A stretch of 62,581 bases of DNA from Rhodothermales bacterium (GTDB lineage Bacteria > Bacteroidota > Rhodothermia > Rhodothermales > Bin80), in the NCBI GenBank assembly GCA_022820435.1, contig JAJEFL010000009.1, positions 1-62,581 on the forward strand. The letters run 5' to 3'. The notes under the pieces were generated by a model. That model was not told where the DNA came from. It searched no databases and worked only from the letters and a program-made list of their open reading frames with translations. The position numbers and the translations under genes are program-made. Shown here piece by piece: positions 9,988-18,223 of this stretch. Positions within the stretch are counted from its first letter, which is position 1. Each line of letters starts with the position of its first letter.

Positions 9988-10184
9988 CAGCCTGTGGACA
10001 AAGTCCAGAAAAATCTGAGTAACGCTTTTCGGATTGGTTTTTGGGGATTAGACTGCTCAAAACAGCCATAGAAGAGAGTTTTTTCGCCCTTTAGAATCTC
10101 AAAAAGTGCGAAAAACAGATGGCTTGGCCATCTGTGACACGCAGTTGGCTGTCCACTCTTCGACCAAACTTTATCCACGGGCTG
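9988..10184 (-). mobile_element. MITE-like non-coding element, copy A (197 bp, 17-bp terminal inverted repeats)
   Basis: By my manual alignment, its reverse complement matches 18751..18960 over ~200 bp at roughly 85% identity with one ~12-bp indel. The ends are CAGCCCGTGGATAAAGT (10184..10168, minus sense) and ACTTTGTCCACAGGCTG (10004..9988), which are inverted repeats of each other. The differences between copies are mostly non-synonymous in the ORF-track frames, so the element is non-coding. Confidence 0.7.
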
Positions 10185-10286
10185 CCAGCCCTGGAATGTG
10201 GCATCTCCATCACATCATCAAGTTCTGACTTGATTTCACGGGAAGACCGCCCTTCCTGGGCTTTTTCTCAATATCTCAGTTTTGAC

Positions 10287-10466
10287 CTACTGATCTATCG
10301 TCTCCATAGGAATGGTCTTGACCAGTATTCCCACAACACGGGCACTTTCCCGAAGTGCCAGAATGCGGGCTTCAGCTTCTTCCCAGTTTTCAGCAATAAT
10401 GGTAAAGCCATATTGGTCTCCCTCGAAAGTTTACTCGCCGCAGAATTCCAGGGGTTCGTCAGACAT
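10287..10466 (-). pseudogene. Small hypothetical ORF (59 codons) interrupted by an in-frame TAA at codon 12
   Basis: Hand translation gives MSDEPLEFCGE-TAA-TFEGDQYGFTIIAENWEEAEARILALRESARVVGILVKTIPMETIDQ-TAG. The ATG at 10466 overlaps the TAA of the upstream lipoprotein gene (TAATG). The in-frame TAA is at 10431..10433. Confidence 0.3.
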
Positions 10467-10780
10467 TAGACTCCAACTCGTCTGTAAATCTCTTTACAAC
10501 GGCCTTTTGTTAATGTAAATCTTCCGTGCTCGCGCAAACGGAGACAGTGCAGAATGGCCTGCTTATGCATCCATTCTGAATTCAGCAGAGAGTCAAATTT
10601 AGCCGAATCCTGAGTCAGAGACTCAAGAACTGTATTTGATTCATCTGTGGAATCGTACACAGGATCATAATTTGGTTCCGGCGCTTCACGGTAACAACCT
10701 GCGAGCGCAAGTAATGCGATCAGGATCAGACTACGTAGTATCGTCATTTTGTTCATCTTCAGATTTGCGGGATTTTTCAA
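10466..10780 (-). CDS. Small lipoprotein, hypothetical
   Basis: The ORF track gives a 104-aa ORF starting at TTG. The likely start is MNKMTILRSLILIALLALAGC at ~10756, which carries a lipobox (LAGC). Confidence 0.55.
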   Translation of the reverse strand: MKNPANLKMNKMTILRSLILIALLALAGCYREAPEPNYDPVYDSTDESNTVLESLTQDSAKFDSLLNSEWMHKQAILHCLRLREHGRFTLTKGRCKEIYRRVGV

Positions 10781-11317
10781 TCACCTTACTTACAGGTCCT
10801 GGGGAGTGATCACTGTAAAATACAAACGTTCAGTGTCTTGATCATCCACATCAGGCAACAGTTCCTCTATCAGGGGAGATTTTACCTGGCCAATCTCAGA
10901 CATCCTACTTGCAATTCTCAACCCAATGCAAAAGCAGATCCTCTGTCGTTTCCAGTAGTCGTCTGGCTTCATCACTAATGTTATGCTGATTCACGATGAA
11001 ACAAAATTCCTTCCCCGTTTCGTGCGACATTTCTTCGGCTGGGATTGCAGTCCAGTGCGTTATATCAGACGGACCCTTAGAGTGAATGCATGTAAAGATA
11101 TTCTCCGTCAAATCCGTGCAAGACAGCAAGATATCTCCCGATCTTCGTCCTCATAGTGTCTAGGTCAAGGCGAAATACCTGTCTACTCAGACATAAGATG
11201 TAATCCACTGAGAGGGGCCTGTCACGCAGCAGATAGAGATGCGGCAGAAGGAATCGGAATATCTTTCTGCATCATGATCCCTTCGGTTCCAAATGCATGT
11301 CCTACAAGCCCCTGTAC

Positions 11318-11803
11318 CTACCCATTGAGTGCATAGACTTTACCAGATAAGTCTTGAAGTTGAGTATTCGTAGCACTTTGTGTAACCTTAAGTTCATCTA
11401 TGGATTCTTTGACTCTGGTTTCATGCTGCCTGAGTGCCTTTATTTGTCGGGTCTCTACTTGTCCGACTTTGGCTTCAAGTTGTCCGACTCGGGCTTCAAG
11501 TCTGTCAAGTCGGGTTTCTACTTTTCCGACTCGGGCTTCGAGTCTGTCAAGTCGGGTCTCTACCTGTCCGACTCTGACTTAAAGCTGTCCGACTCTTACT
11601 TCAAGTTGTCCAACTCTGGTGTCAAGTTTGTCGATCTTAGCGCTAAGTTGTTCTATGGCACTGATAAGCGGTCGGATAATTCTCCGCACAAGCCCAAACA
11701 GGCTTGTGCGGATGATAATGACCGCAGTGATTGTGGTGACGATAAAAGTGATTGTAGTCACAGTCATGGTTACTGAACAAAGGTTACGAGTGGATAAACG
11801 CAA
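11318..11803 (-). pseudogene. Membrane-anchored heptad-repeat coiled-coil protein, interrupted by a nonsense codon
   Basis: The track ORF 11579..11803 (MRLSTRNLCSVTMTVTTITFIVTTITAVIII...KIDKLDTRVGQLEVRVGQL) ends at the TAA at 11579..11581. The same frame continues as VRVGQVETRLDRLEARVGKVETRLDRLEARVGQLEAKVGQVETRQIKALRQHETRVKESIDELKVTQSATNTQLQDLSGKVYALNG, ending at the TAG at 11318..11320. The TAA sits where the neighbouring repeat units have GAA (Glu). Confidence 0.6.
11447..11614. repeat. Tandem 21-bp (heptad-coding) repeat, 8 units, including two near-identical 42-bp units
   Basis: The minus-sense units are gttggacaacttgaagtaaga, gtcggacagctttaagtcaga, gtcggacaggtagagacccga, cttgacagactcgaagcccga, gtcggaaaagtagaaacccga, cttgacagacttgaagcccga, gtcggacaacttgaagccaaa and gtcggacaagtagagacccga. 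Confidence 0.8.
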
Positions 11804-12099
11804 CCGCGTCTTGATGGTTCCGGTAAGTTACGAAAAAACTTAGTCTAGAAGATGGTTACCTTGTGGATGATTAAATAGATGGGGGCTTGTACACATCAAA
11901 CTCGTTTGAGATGTACGTCACAGTCACAATGGGATGCATGCGAATCTTAGAGAATTATATCCATGTCTAAGAGCGGTCCGGATGGAACATGCCTGCGCAG
12001 GATGATCAGGGCGCACCATGGTCATATCTGCCATCGGTATCCGGGATTGGCCGGTTGCACGGCGAGGAGCATTCCTGTCAGAGACTTCAATGATTCGTG

Positions 12100-12284
12100 A
12101 AATGGATACAGTTGCTACGCGTTATGTGGTTACGTCTAACAGATGAAGACCGTGCGGGCATTGCCTCAACCTTTGTGCAGATCGCCCCCAAATCAGGACT
12201 GCAATCATGGAATCTCTGGCGAAGGCGGTCGGTGAGCGCAGGGCAGAGGAACGATTCATGGATGCGATCCACACGGAGGATTAG
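12100..12284 (+). pseudogene. Frameshifted remnant of a paralogue of the downstream AAA+ ATPase (C-terminal part)
   Basis: Two short stretches in different frames match the C-terminus of the 12616..13833 protein. DEDRAGIASTFVQ (12142..12180) matches GEDRAAIARAFEQ. AIMESLAKAVGE (12201..12236) matches AIMEYLTKAVGE. The 20-nt spacing between them implies a frameshift. Confidence 0.45.
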
Positions 12285-12615
12285 GTCACTGGAAGGGGCA
12301 GGCAAAATGTACACGGTTCCATAAGGCGTGTACGGAGCGGCTGACCGAGCCATACAGGGTGTGTGGCGATTGCTGGAGCATTTACCCATACGCGGACGCA
12401 TTGTCACAGACGGGCCCGGTAATCCGGGATTGTCTGCGCCAAGTGTCTGCTGCGGATAGAGTGAGGCAGATGTACATTCCGTCAAGCATTCCAGAGCGGG
12501 GTGCTGGCGAGGTGGACAGGCCGCCAGATCATTCCGTCCTCCGATACTGGAGCGGCAGAGTACGGAACCTCGGTGGGACTCGGCTGTCCAACCTGCTCTA
12601 CGGCATCCAATAACG

Positions 12616-13833
12616 ATGATGGACGATTACATTGCCGGCTGGGGCGGCGACATAAGCGATCGGGGAAAAGCTAAACATTTCCGCGGCCGGAAGCAGGTTC
12701 TGGCTAACTTCCGCAAGCGCCTTCGGAAGGCAGAGATTGATCCGGCGGAAGGGACCACATTCCTGATCCAGGGTGCGCCCGGTGCAGGAAAGAGTGCCCT
12801 GCTTCATGAATGTGCACGGCTAGCTGAGGGCGAAGGCTGGAAGGCCGCAGAGATAACTCTAGATGCCCTCTGGGATGTCCCCACCCTGCTTGATGCGTTG
12901 GGGAGGAGCAAAGAGTTTGACCAGAAAGGGGGCAGGTGGAGCGGGGGATTGAAGGCGGGGTTAGATCTACTGTCCTCTGTAACTGCGAAGGTGGGCGTGA
13001 ACTATAAATCCAAAAAAACTCCAGTCCCCCACAATACACGGGCCGTACTAAAGAGCGGCGAGGGGAAATTATTGCTCGTACTGGACGAGGCGCAGATGCT
13101 GGCAAAGCGAACCCCGCGTAAACATGCCCATCAGGTCACCATACTCATCGATGCGATCCATAACGGCAAACTGGGGTGTCCTGTGATGCTGGCTGTCGGC
13201 GGCCTCGCTACGACTCGGCAGGCCTTCAGGGACATGGATGTCTCCCGATTCAAAACGCATTGCTATGTCGAACTTGGACCGCTAAAACCGAAGTGGGAGC
13301 GGGAGATCATTACGGATTGGATCATGACGGAGGGCGAGGCCAAGGGGGATCCATTACCCTGGATTGATGCGATTGCAGCGCAGACACACGGATGGCCGCA
13401 GCACATTGCATTCTACGCTCAGGCGGCGGCGCTCCAGGTGCGTGCGGACCGCAGGGAGATGACATTGGAAGGGTTGAATGTGGTGCTGGATACGGGGCGG
13501 CGGGAGCAGGTGCATTTTTATGAGTCCCGTGCAGACGGGTTGGCAGGGGAAGACCGCGCGGCCATTGCCCGCGCATTTGAGCAGCCGCTCGATGATTGTA
13601 CGCAGACCAGAACAGCCATCATGGAGTACCTGACGAAGGCGGTCGGTGAGGGGAATGCAGATGCAGTGCTCAGGAAGGCGCTCAGTCAGGGGGTGCTGGA
13701 CTGGCGGGGGGACCGCCTTGTCATTCCAATCCCGTCGATGCAGGACTGGTTCATAGAGAATTACTGTTCAGATCAGGCTCCTTACTCCGGGCGATCCAAA
13801 CCTCCGGCCCCGTCGGATGCGGGCCATCCCTGA
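12616..13833 (+). CDS. AAA+ ATPase (Arch_ATPase/AAA_16-like with a DUF234-like winged-helix tail), orphan
   Basis: A 405-aa ORF. The motif FRGRKQVLANF precedes Walker A (LIQGAPGAGKSALL), and Walker B is LLLVLDEAQ. The C-terminal GVLDWRGDRLVIPIPSMQDWF resembles the DUF234 motif. This stretch looks more GC-rich than the 10.2-11.9 kb flank by eye. Confidence 0.7.
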   Translation: MMDDYIAGWGGDISDRGKAKHFRGRKQVLANFRKRLRKAEIDPAEGTTFLIQGAPGAGKSALLHECARLAEGEGWKAAEITLDALWDVPTLLDALGRSKEFDQKGGRWSGGLKAGLDLLSSVTAKVGVNYKSKKTPVPHNTRAVLKSGEGKLLLVLDEAQMLAKRTPRKHAHQVTILIDAIHNGKLGCPVMLAVGGLATTRQAFRDMDVSRFKTHCYVELGPLKPKWEREIITDWIMTEGEAKGDPLPWIDAIAAQTHGWPQHIAFYAQAAALQVRADRREMTLEGLNVVLDTGRREQVHFYESRADGLAGEDRAAIARAFEQPLDDCTQTRTAIMEYLTKAVGEGNADAVLRKALSQGVLDWRGDRLVIPIPSMQDWFIENYCSDQAPYSGRSKPPAPSDAGHP

Positions 13834-14133
13834 TCGGGGCGTCTGCAGGGGCGCAGTGTCCGTACAGGGAAGAGAGTCGGGGCGGTAAAGTGGGGGCCGG
13901 GACTTTCTGGATGAGTGCACCATCTGTTCCACAATCTCCGATGGATACCCCATACGCGACTTATTTTCGTCAGTCCCGGATACAGACGACCGAGGTGAAG
14001 TAGGATACTTTTACGGCAGGGAGGAGATTACTAAAGAGCTTCGAATCAGTGCATACGTAAACCTGCTGAACGCCGTATCTGTAAGTATTCCGGAAGAATC
14101 GTATATTTCGCCTGGGGAAATATCACATTCAAC

Positions 14134-15441
14134 ATGCACAAAAACGAAATCAGCAGACGAAACTTTGTAAAAGTTACGACCGCCGGAACGCTAGGGCTCA
14201 TGACTTCAGGGGATTTTGCCTACGCCGGTGGCCGTGATGCCCTGCGGGTAGGGGTGATTGGATGCGGTGGGCGGGGAACTGGAGCCGCACGGGACGCGGT
14301 GGTATCCAGTGAACAGGTCGAGATTGTTGCCATGGGCGACCTGTTCCAGGATCGCCTGGATGCATCCCGCAAGGCCCTGAAAGAAGAGATCGGAGACGCA
14401 TTCAAAGTGGACGACAATCATGCCTTTGTTGGCTTTGATGCCTATCAGCAGGTCATTGGCAGCAATGTAAATATGGTAATTCTGGCGGCACCGCCCGGTT
14501 TCCGCCCCGCTCATTTTTCATCTGCCGTCCATGCAGGCAAACATGTATTTATGGAAAAGCCGGTCAGCGTGGATGTCGCAGGGGCGCTGGAAATCATGGC
14601 GGCCGGCGAAGTGGCTGCACAAAAAGGCCTTTCCGTCGTTGCCGGGACGCTTTATCGTCGGCAGCCAAGCTTTGTGGAAGCAATCAGGCGCATTCACGAT
14701 GGAATGATTGGTGAGATTGTGGCCGCACAGGAGTATTACCTGACAGGGCCCGTCTGGCTGCGGGAGCGCAAGAGCGGGATGAGTGACATGGAGTGGCAGT
14801 GCCGTAACTGGTATTACTTTACATGGCTGAGTGGAGACCATATTGTGGAGCAGTTTGTGCACAACATTGATGTTATTAACTGGGTATTTCAGGGGCATCC
14901 GCAGAGTGCCGTTGCGATGGGGGGGCGGATTGCCAGAACCAGCCCGGATTACGGGCATATTTATGATCATTTCAGTGTGGAGTATGTCTATCCCGGGGAT
15001 ATCATTGTAGAGGCGAAGTGCAGACAATTTCAGGGAGCAACCAACCGGGTGTCGAACCGTGTGGTCGGAACGAAAGGAATTGCCGATCTGAACCCGCGTA
15101 ATTCAAAAATTCGATCCCATGACGGACATGTCTTGTACGAGATGCCCGAGCCTGGAGGCAACGGGTATGTGCAGGAACACGCAGACCTGATCCAGTCGAT
15201 TCGTGACGGTAAGCCGATTAATGAGGCCCATCAGATCGCAGCGAGTACACTTACAGCGGTATTAGGGCGGGAGAGTGCCTATACAGGACAACAGCTGAGT
15301 TGGGATGAGATGATGGCATCCGGTCTGGATCTGCTACCAAAGACCCTGGCCTTCGGACAGATGCCGATGCCGCAAGTACCGGTACCCGGTATTACGGAAT
15401 TATCCCGCTCTGCTGCAATCTCTGCTCAGGGAATGGAATAA
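14134..15441 (+). CDS. Gfo/Idh/MocA family oxidoreductase, Tat-signal
   Basis: A 435-aa ORF with motifs ISRRNFVKVTTAGTLGL, GVIGCGGRGTGAA, EKPV and IVEQFVHNIDVINW. It is a paralogue of 7314..8714. Confidence 0.9.
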   Translation: MHKNEISRRNFVKVTTAGTLGLMTSGDFAYAGGRDALRVGVIGCGGRGTGAARDAVVSSEQVEIVAMGDLFQDRLDASRKALKEEIGDAFKVDDNHAFVGFDAYQQVIGSNVNMVILAAPPGFRPAHFSSAVHAGKHVFMEKPVSVDVAGALEIMAAGEVAAQKGLSVVAGTLYRRQPSFVEAIRRIHDGMIGEIVAAQEYYLTGPVWLRERKSGMSDMEWQCRNWYYFTWLSGDHIVEQFVHNIDVINWVFQGHPQSAVAMGGRIARTSPDYGHIYDHFSVEYVYPGDIIVEAKCRQFQGATNRVSNRVVGTKGIADLNPRNSKIRSHDGHVLYEMPEPGGNGYVQEHADLIQSIRDGKPINEAHQIAASTLTAVLGRESAYTGQQLSWDEMMASGLDLLPKTLAFGQMPMPQVPVPGITELSRSAAISAQGME

Positions 15442-16340
15442 TGATGAAACGGAGAGATTTTTTGTTAACGGGGGCACTGGGTGCTGCCGGCCTTGCCCTG
15501 AGGCACAGGGATCTATTTGCCAGCCCCACCGCCGCATCTATTCGGAAGGCAGTGAAGTTTGGAATGATTCAGGAACCGGATCTGTCGATTGCAGAAAAAT
15601 TTCAATTACTCAAGGAGCTGGGCTTTGATGGGGTGGAGATGGACAGTCCAAATGATTTGGATCAAGGCGAAGTAATCGCTGCGCGAGATGCGGTTGGGTT
15701 GCCGATTCACGGTGTCGTTGATTCGGTGCACTGGACGCAGACGCTTTCTGATCCGGACTCCGCCGTGAGAGCGGCAGGACTGGATGGATTAAAGACAGCA
15801 ATTCAGGATGCACATGCCTATGGAGCATCTACGGTGCTTCTCGTACCGGGGATCGTCAATAAGCAAGTATCGTATGCAGATGCCTACAGGCGTTCTCAGG
15901 CGGAGGTCCGTAAAGTACTCCCGATGGCGGCAGAGCATAATATCAAGATTGCCTTTGAGAATGTGTGGAACCGGTTTCTCCTGAGTCCGCTTGAATGTGC
16001 AAGGTATGTGGATGAATTTGAGAGTGAATTTGTGGGTTGGTATTTTGATGTGGGGAATGTAGTGACATACGGATGGCCGGAGCATTGGATCCGAACCCTG
16101 GGATCTCGTATTCTGAAGTTGGATATTAAAGAATTCAGCCGGGCCAAAGCGGATAGTGAGGGGCCATATGAGGGCTTTGGTGTGCCGTTAGGTGAGGGGG
16201 ACTGTGACTGGCCGGCCGTGAATGAAGCTCTTGCCGAAATTGGCTTTGAAGGATGGGCAACCGCAGAGGTGGCAGGAGGGGATCGGACTCGTATGCAAGA
16301 ACTGGCTGATCGTATGGATCGCATTCTCCCGGTTCAATAG
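15441..16340 (+). CDS. Sugar phosphate isomerase/epimerase (TIM barrel), Tat-signal
   Basis: A 299-aa ORF with the N-terminal MMKRRDFLLTGALGAAGLAL. The start overlaps the upstream stop (TAATG). Supporting motifs are GFDGVEM, IAFENVWN and FDVGN. Confidence 0.85.
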   Translation: MMKRRDFLLTGALGAAGLALRHRDLFASPTAASIRKAVKFGMIQEPDLSIAEKFQLLKELGFDGVEMDSPNDLDQGEVIAARDAVGLPIHGVVDSVHWTQTLSDPDSAVRAAGLDGLKTAIQDAHAYGASTVLLVPGIVNKQVSYADAYRRSQAEVRKVLPMAAEHNIKIAFENVWNRFLLSPLECARYVDEFESEFVGWYFDVGNVVTYGWPEHWIRTLGSRILKLDIKEFSRAKADSEGPYEGFGVPLGEGDCDWPAVNEALAEIGFEGWATAEVAGGDRTRMQELADRMDRILPVQ

Positions 16341-16361
16341 ATTTTTTTTGAATTCAGACAA

Positions 16362-17222
16362 ATGACCATGAAACGACGATCATTTATCGAAACCGGCTTA
16401 ACTGGGTTTGCAGGGGCCAGTTTACTTGGCACGCTTCCTGTAAATCACATGAAAGGGCGGGTCAATCACAGTGTTTGTAAGTGGTGCTATCCAGATTTAT
16501 CCGTTGATGAACTTGCACAGGCAGCCGTGACGATGGGACTCACATCGATAGAGTTACTTGATATCCATGAATGGCCTGTTCTGGAAAAATATGGACTTAC
16601 GTGTGCAATGCCTTTTGGCCCTGTAGCTGAAGGGAAAGATCGTCTGACAGATGGATTTAATGAGCCTGCCAATCATGAATGGCTCGTTCCGATGTATACG
16701 GAGCGGATACGGGAGGTTGCAGAGGCCGGCTACGAACAGGTGATCTGCTTTTCAGGGAACCGGCGTGGAATGGATGATGCGAAAGGGCTTGAGAACTGTG
16801 TACAAGGGCTTGAAAAGATCATTCCGGCGGCAGAGGAACATGGGGTTATACTTTGCATGGAACTGCTCAACAGCAAAGTGAGTCATCCCGATTACATGTG
16901 TGATCACACCGCATGGGGGGTTGAACTGTGTAAGCGGATGGATTCAGAGCATTTCAAACTGCTCTATGATATCTATCATATGCAGATAATGGAGGGAGAT
17001 GTCATACGCACGATCCGGGATTATCATCCATATATCGGCCATTACCATACGGGTGGGAATCCTGGACGAAACGAAATTGATGCTTCGCAGGAATTGAACT
17101 ATCCTGCGATCATGCGTGCGATTGTGGAGACAGGATACACGGGATTTGTCGGTCAGGAATTTATTCCGACCCGAACTCCACTAATCTCATTGCGGGAGGC
17201 GGTACGTCTCTGTGATGTATAA
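16362..17222 (+). CDS. Hydroxypyruvate isomerase-like TIM-barrel protein, Tat-signal
   Basis: A 286-aa ORF with motifs MTMKRRSFIETGLTGFAGASL, LCMELLNSKVSHPDY, LLYDIYHMQIMEGD and HYHTGGNPGRNE. Confidence 0.8.
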   Translation: MTMKRRSFIETGLTGFAGASLLGTLPVNHMKGRVNHSVCKWCYPDLSVDELAQAAVTMGLTSIELLDIHEWPVLEKYGLTCAMPFGPVAEGKDRLTDGFNEPANHEWLVPMYTERIREVAEAGYEQVICFSGNRRGMDDAKGLENCVQGLEKIIPAAEEHGVILCMELLNSKVSHPDYMCDHTAWGVELCKRMDSEHFKLLYDIYHMQIMEGDVIRTIRDYHPYIGHYHTGGNPGRNEIDASQELNYPAIMRAIVETGYTGFVGQEFIPTRTPLISLREAVRLCDV

Positions 17223-17255
17223 CCATACAGTTCATTGTAGAATCAGACATAGTCG

Positions 17256-18167
17256 ATGATGACGCGCAGAGAATTTTTACCTTCGGTCCCTCTGATGCCT
17301 GCCGCTGCAGTCACATTGGGCTGTGCCCCCATGATTGGCAGTCAGAACAGCTTTTCAATGCGCTATGCGCCGCATTTTGGGATGTTCAAGCATAGTGCTG
17401 GTGATGATTTGGTGGATCAGATCAATTTTGCGGCGGATCAGGGATTCACTGCCTGGGAAGATAATGGCATGAAGGGACGCAGTACAGATGTGCAGGAGCG
17501 TATTGCATATGCAATGGAGCAGCGCGGCATGCAGATGGGGGTCTTTGTGGCACATACGATTTTCTGGCGCGAGCCGAATCTGGCCAGTGGGAATGCAGAT
17601 CACAGGGAGCAGTTTCTGAAGGAAATCCAGGAATCCGTTGAGGTTGCAAAACGGGTCAATGCAACCTGGATGACGGTTGTACCGGGATTTGTTGACCTCC
17701 GACTTGATATGGGCTATCAGACGGCCCATGTGATTGAGAGTCTGCGGCAAGCCTGTGATATTCTGGAGCCGCATGATCTCGTCATGGTTCTGGAGCCGCT
17801 CAACCCGCACAATCATCCTGGACTGTTTCTGACCAAGATCCCGCAGGCATACGAGATCTGCCGCGCAGTAGACAGCCCGGCATGTAAAATCCTGAATGAC
17901 TTATACCATCAGCAAATTACAGAGGGGAATCTGATCCCCAATATTGATGCTGCCTGGGACGAGATTGGTTATTTTCAGATCGGGGACAATCCAGGGCGCA
18001 AAGAGCCGACAACGGGAGAGATTAATTATACGAATGTCTTTGCTCATATCCGGAAGAAAGGGTTTAAGGGGATTTTAGGGATGGAGCATGGGAATGTGCA
18101 TCCCGGCGAGGAGGGGGAGATGGCACTCATTCAGGCCTATCGGAATGTTGACGGAAGTGACGGTTAG
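17256..18167 (+). CDS. Hydroxypyruvate isomerase-like TIM-barrel protein, Tat-like signal
   Basis: A 303-aa ORF with motifs MMTRREFLPSVPLMPAAAVTLGC, MVLEPLNPHNHPG, LNDLYHQQITEGN and FQIGDNPGRKEP. Confidence 0.8.
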   Translation: MMTRREFLPSVPLMPAAAVTLGCAPMIGSQNSFSMRYAPHFGMFKHSAGDDLVDQINFAADQGFTAWEDNGMKGRSTDVQERIAYAMEQRGMQMGVFVAHTIFWREPNLASGNADHREQFLKEIQESVEVAKRVNATWMTVVPGFVDLRLDMGYQTAHVIESLRQACDILEPHDLVMVLEPLNPHNHPGLFLTKIPQAYEICRAVDSPACKILNDLYHQQITEGNLIPNIDAAWDEIGYFQIGDNPGRKEPTTGEINYTNVFAHIRKKGFKGILGMEHGNVHPGEEGEMALIQAYRNVDGSDG

Positions 18168-18223
18168 CCGTATGATTTTTCCAGCAAATCAGTGAATACT
18201 TTAGTGGGAATCCATTTTGGGGA

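Noticed and set aside
9831-10178. Track ORFs 9831..10178 (-) and 18701..18961 (+), which encode similar peptides (HLFFALFE...FYG.FEQSN...RFFWTLSTG) and could be taken for a small conserved protein.
   Set aside because: The similarity comes from the MITE DNA repeat. Differences between the copies are predominantly non-synonymous, one copy has a 12-bp indel, and the ORFs extend arbitrarily into unrelated flanks.
10790-11129. Two small minus-strand ORFs (74 aa with a TTG start, and 61 or 37 aa), considered as a frameshifted single gene.
   Set aside because: There is no recognisable family, the start codons are weak, and the second ORF can begin at an ATG one base after the first ORF's TAG. I cannot distinguish two tiny genes, one broken gene, or non-coding DNA.
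10431-11581. Two in-frame TAA codons within 1.2 kb (10431..10433 and 11579..11581), raising the idea of TAA reassignment or programmed readthrough.
   Set aside because: TAA plainly terminates well-supported genes in the same window (for example at 4088..4090, 9934..9936 and 15439..15441). One TAA is a single-base change from the GAA found in sister repeat units. Pseudogenisation is the simpler explanation.
11354-11776. A plus-strand 140-aa ORF with SDSGF/KLSDS repeats.
   Set aside because: It is the complementary-strand reading of the heptad repeat. The minus-strand product has a TM helix and a textbook coiled-coil heptad pattern, whereas the plus-strand product is low-complexity with no features.
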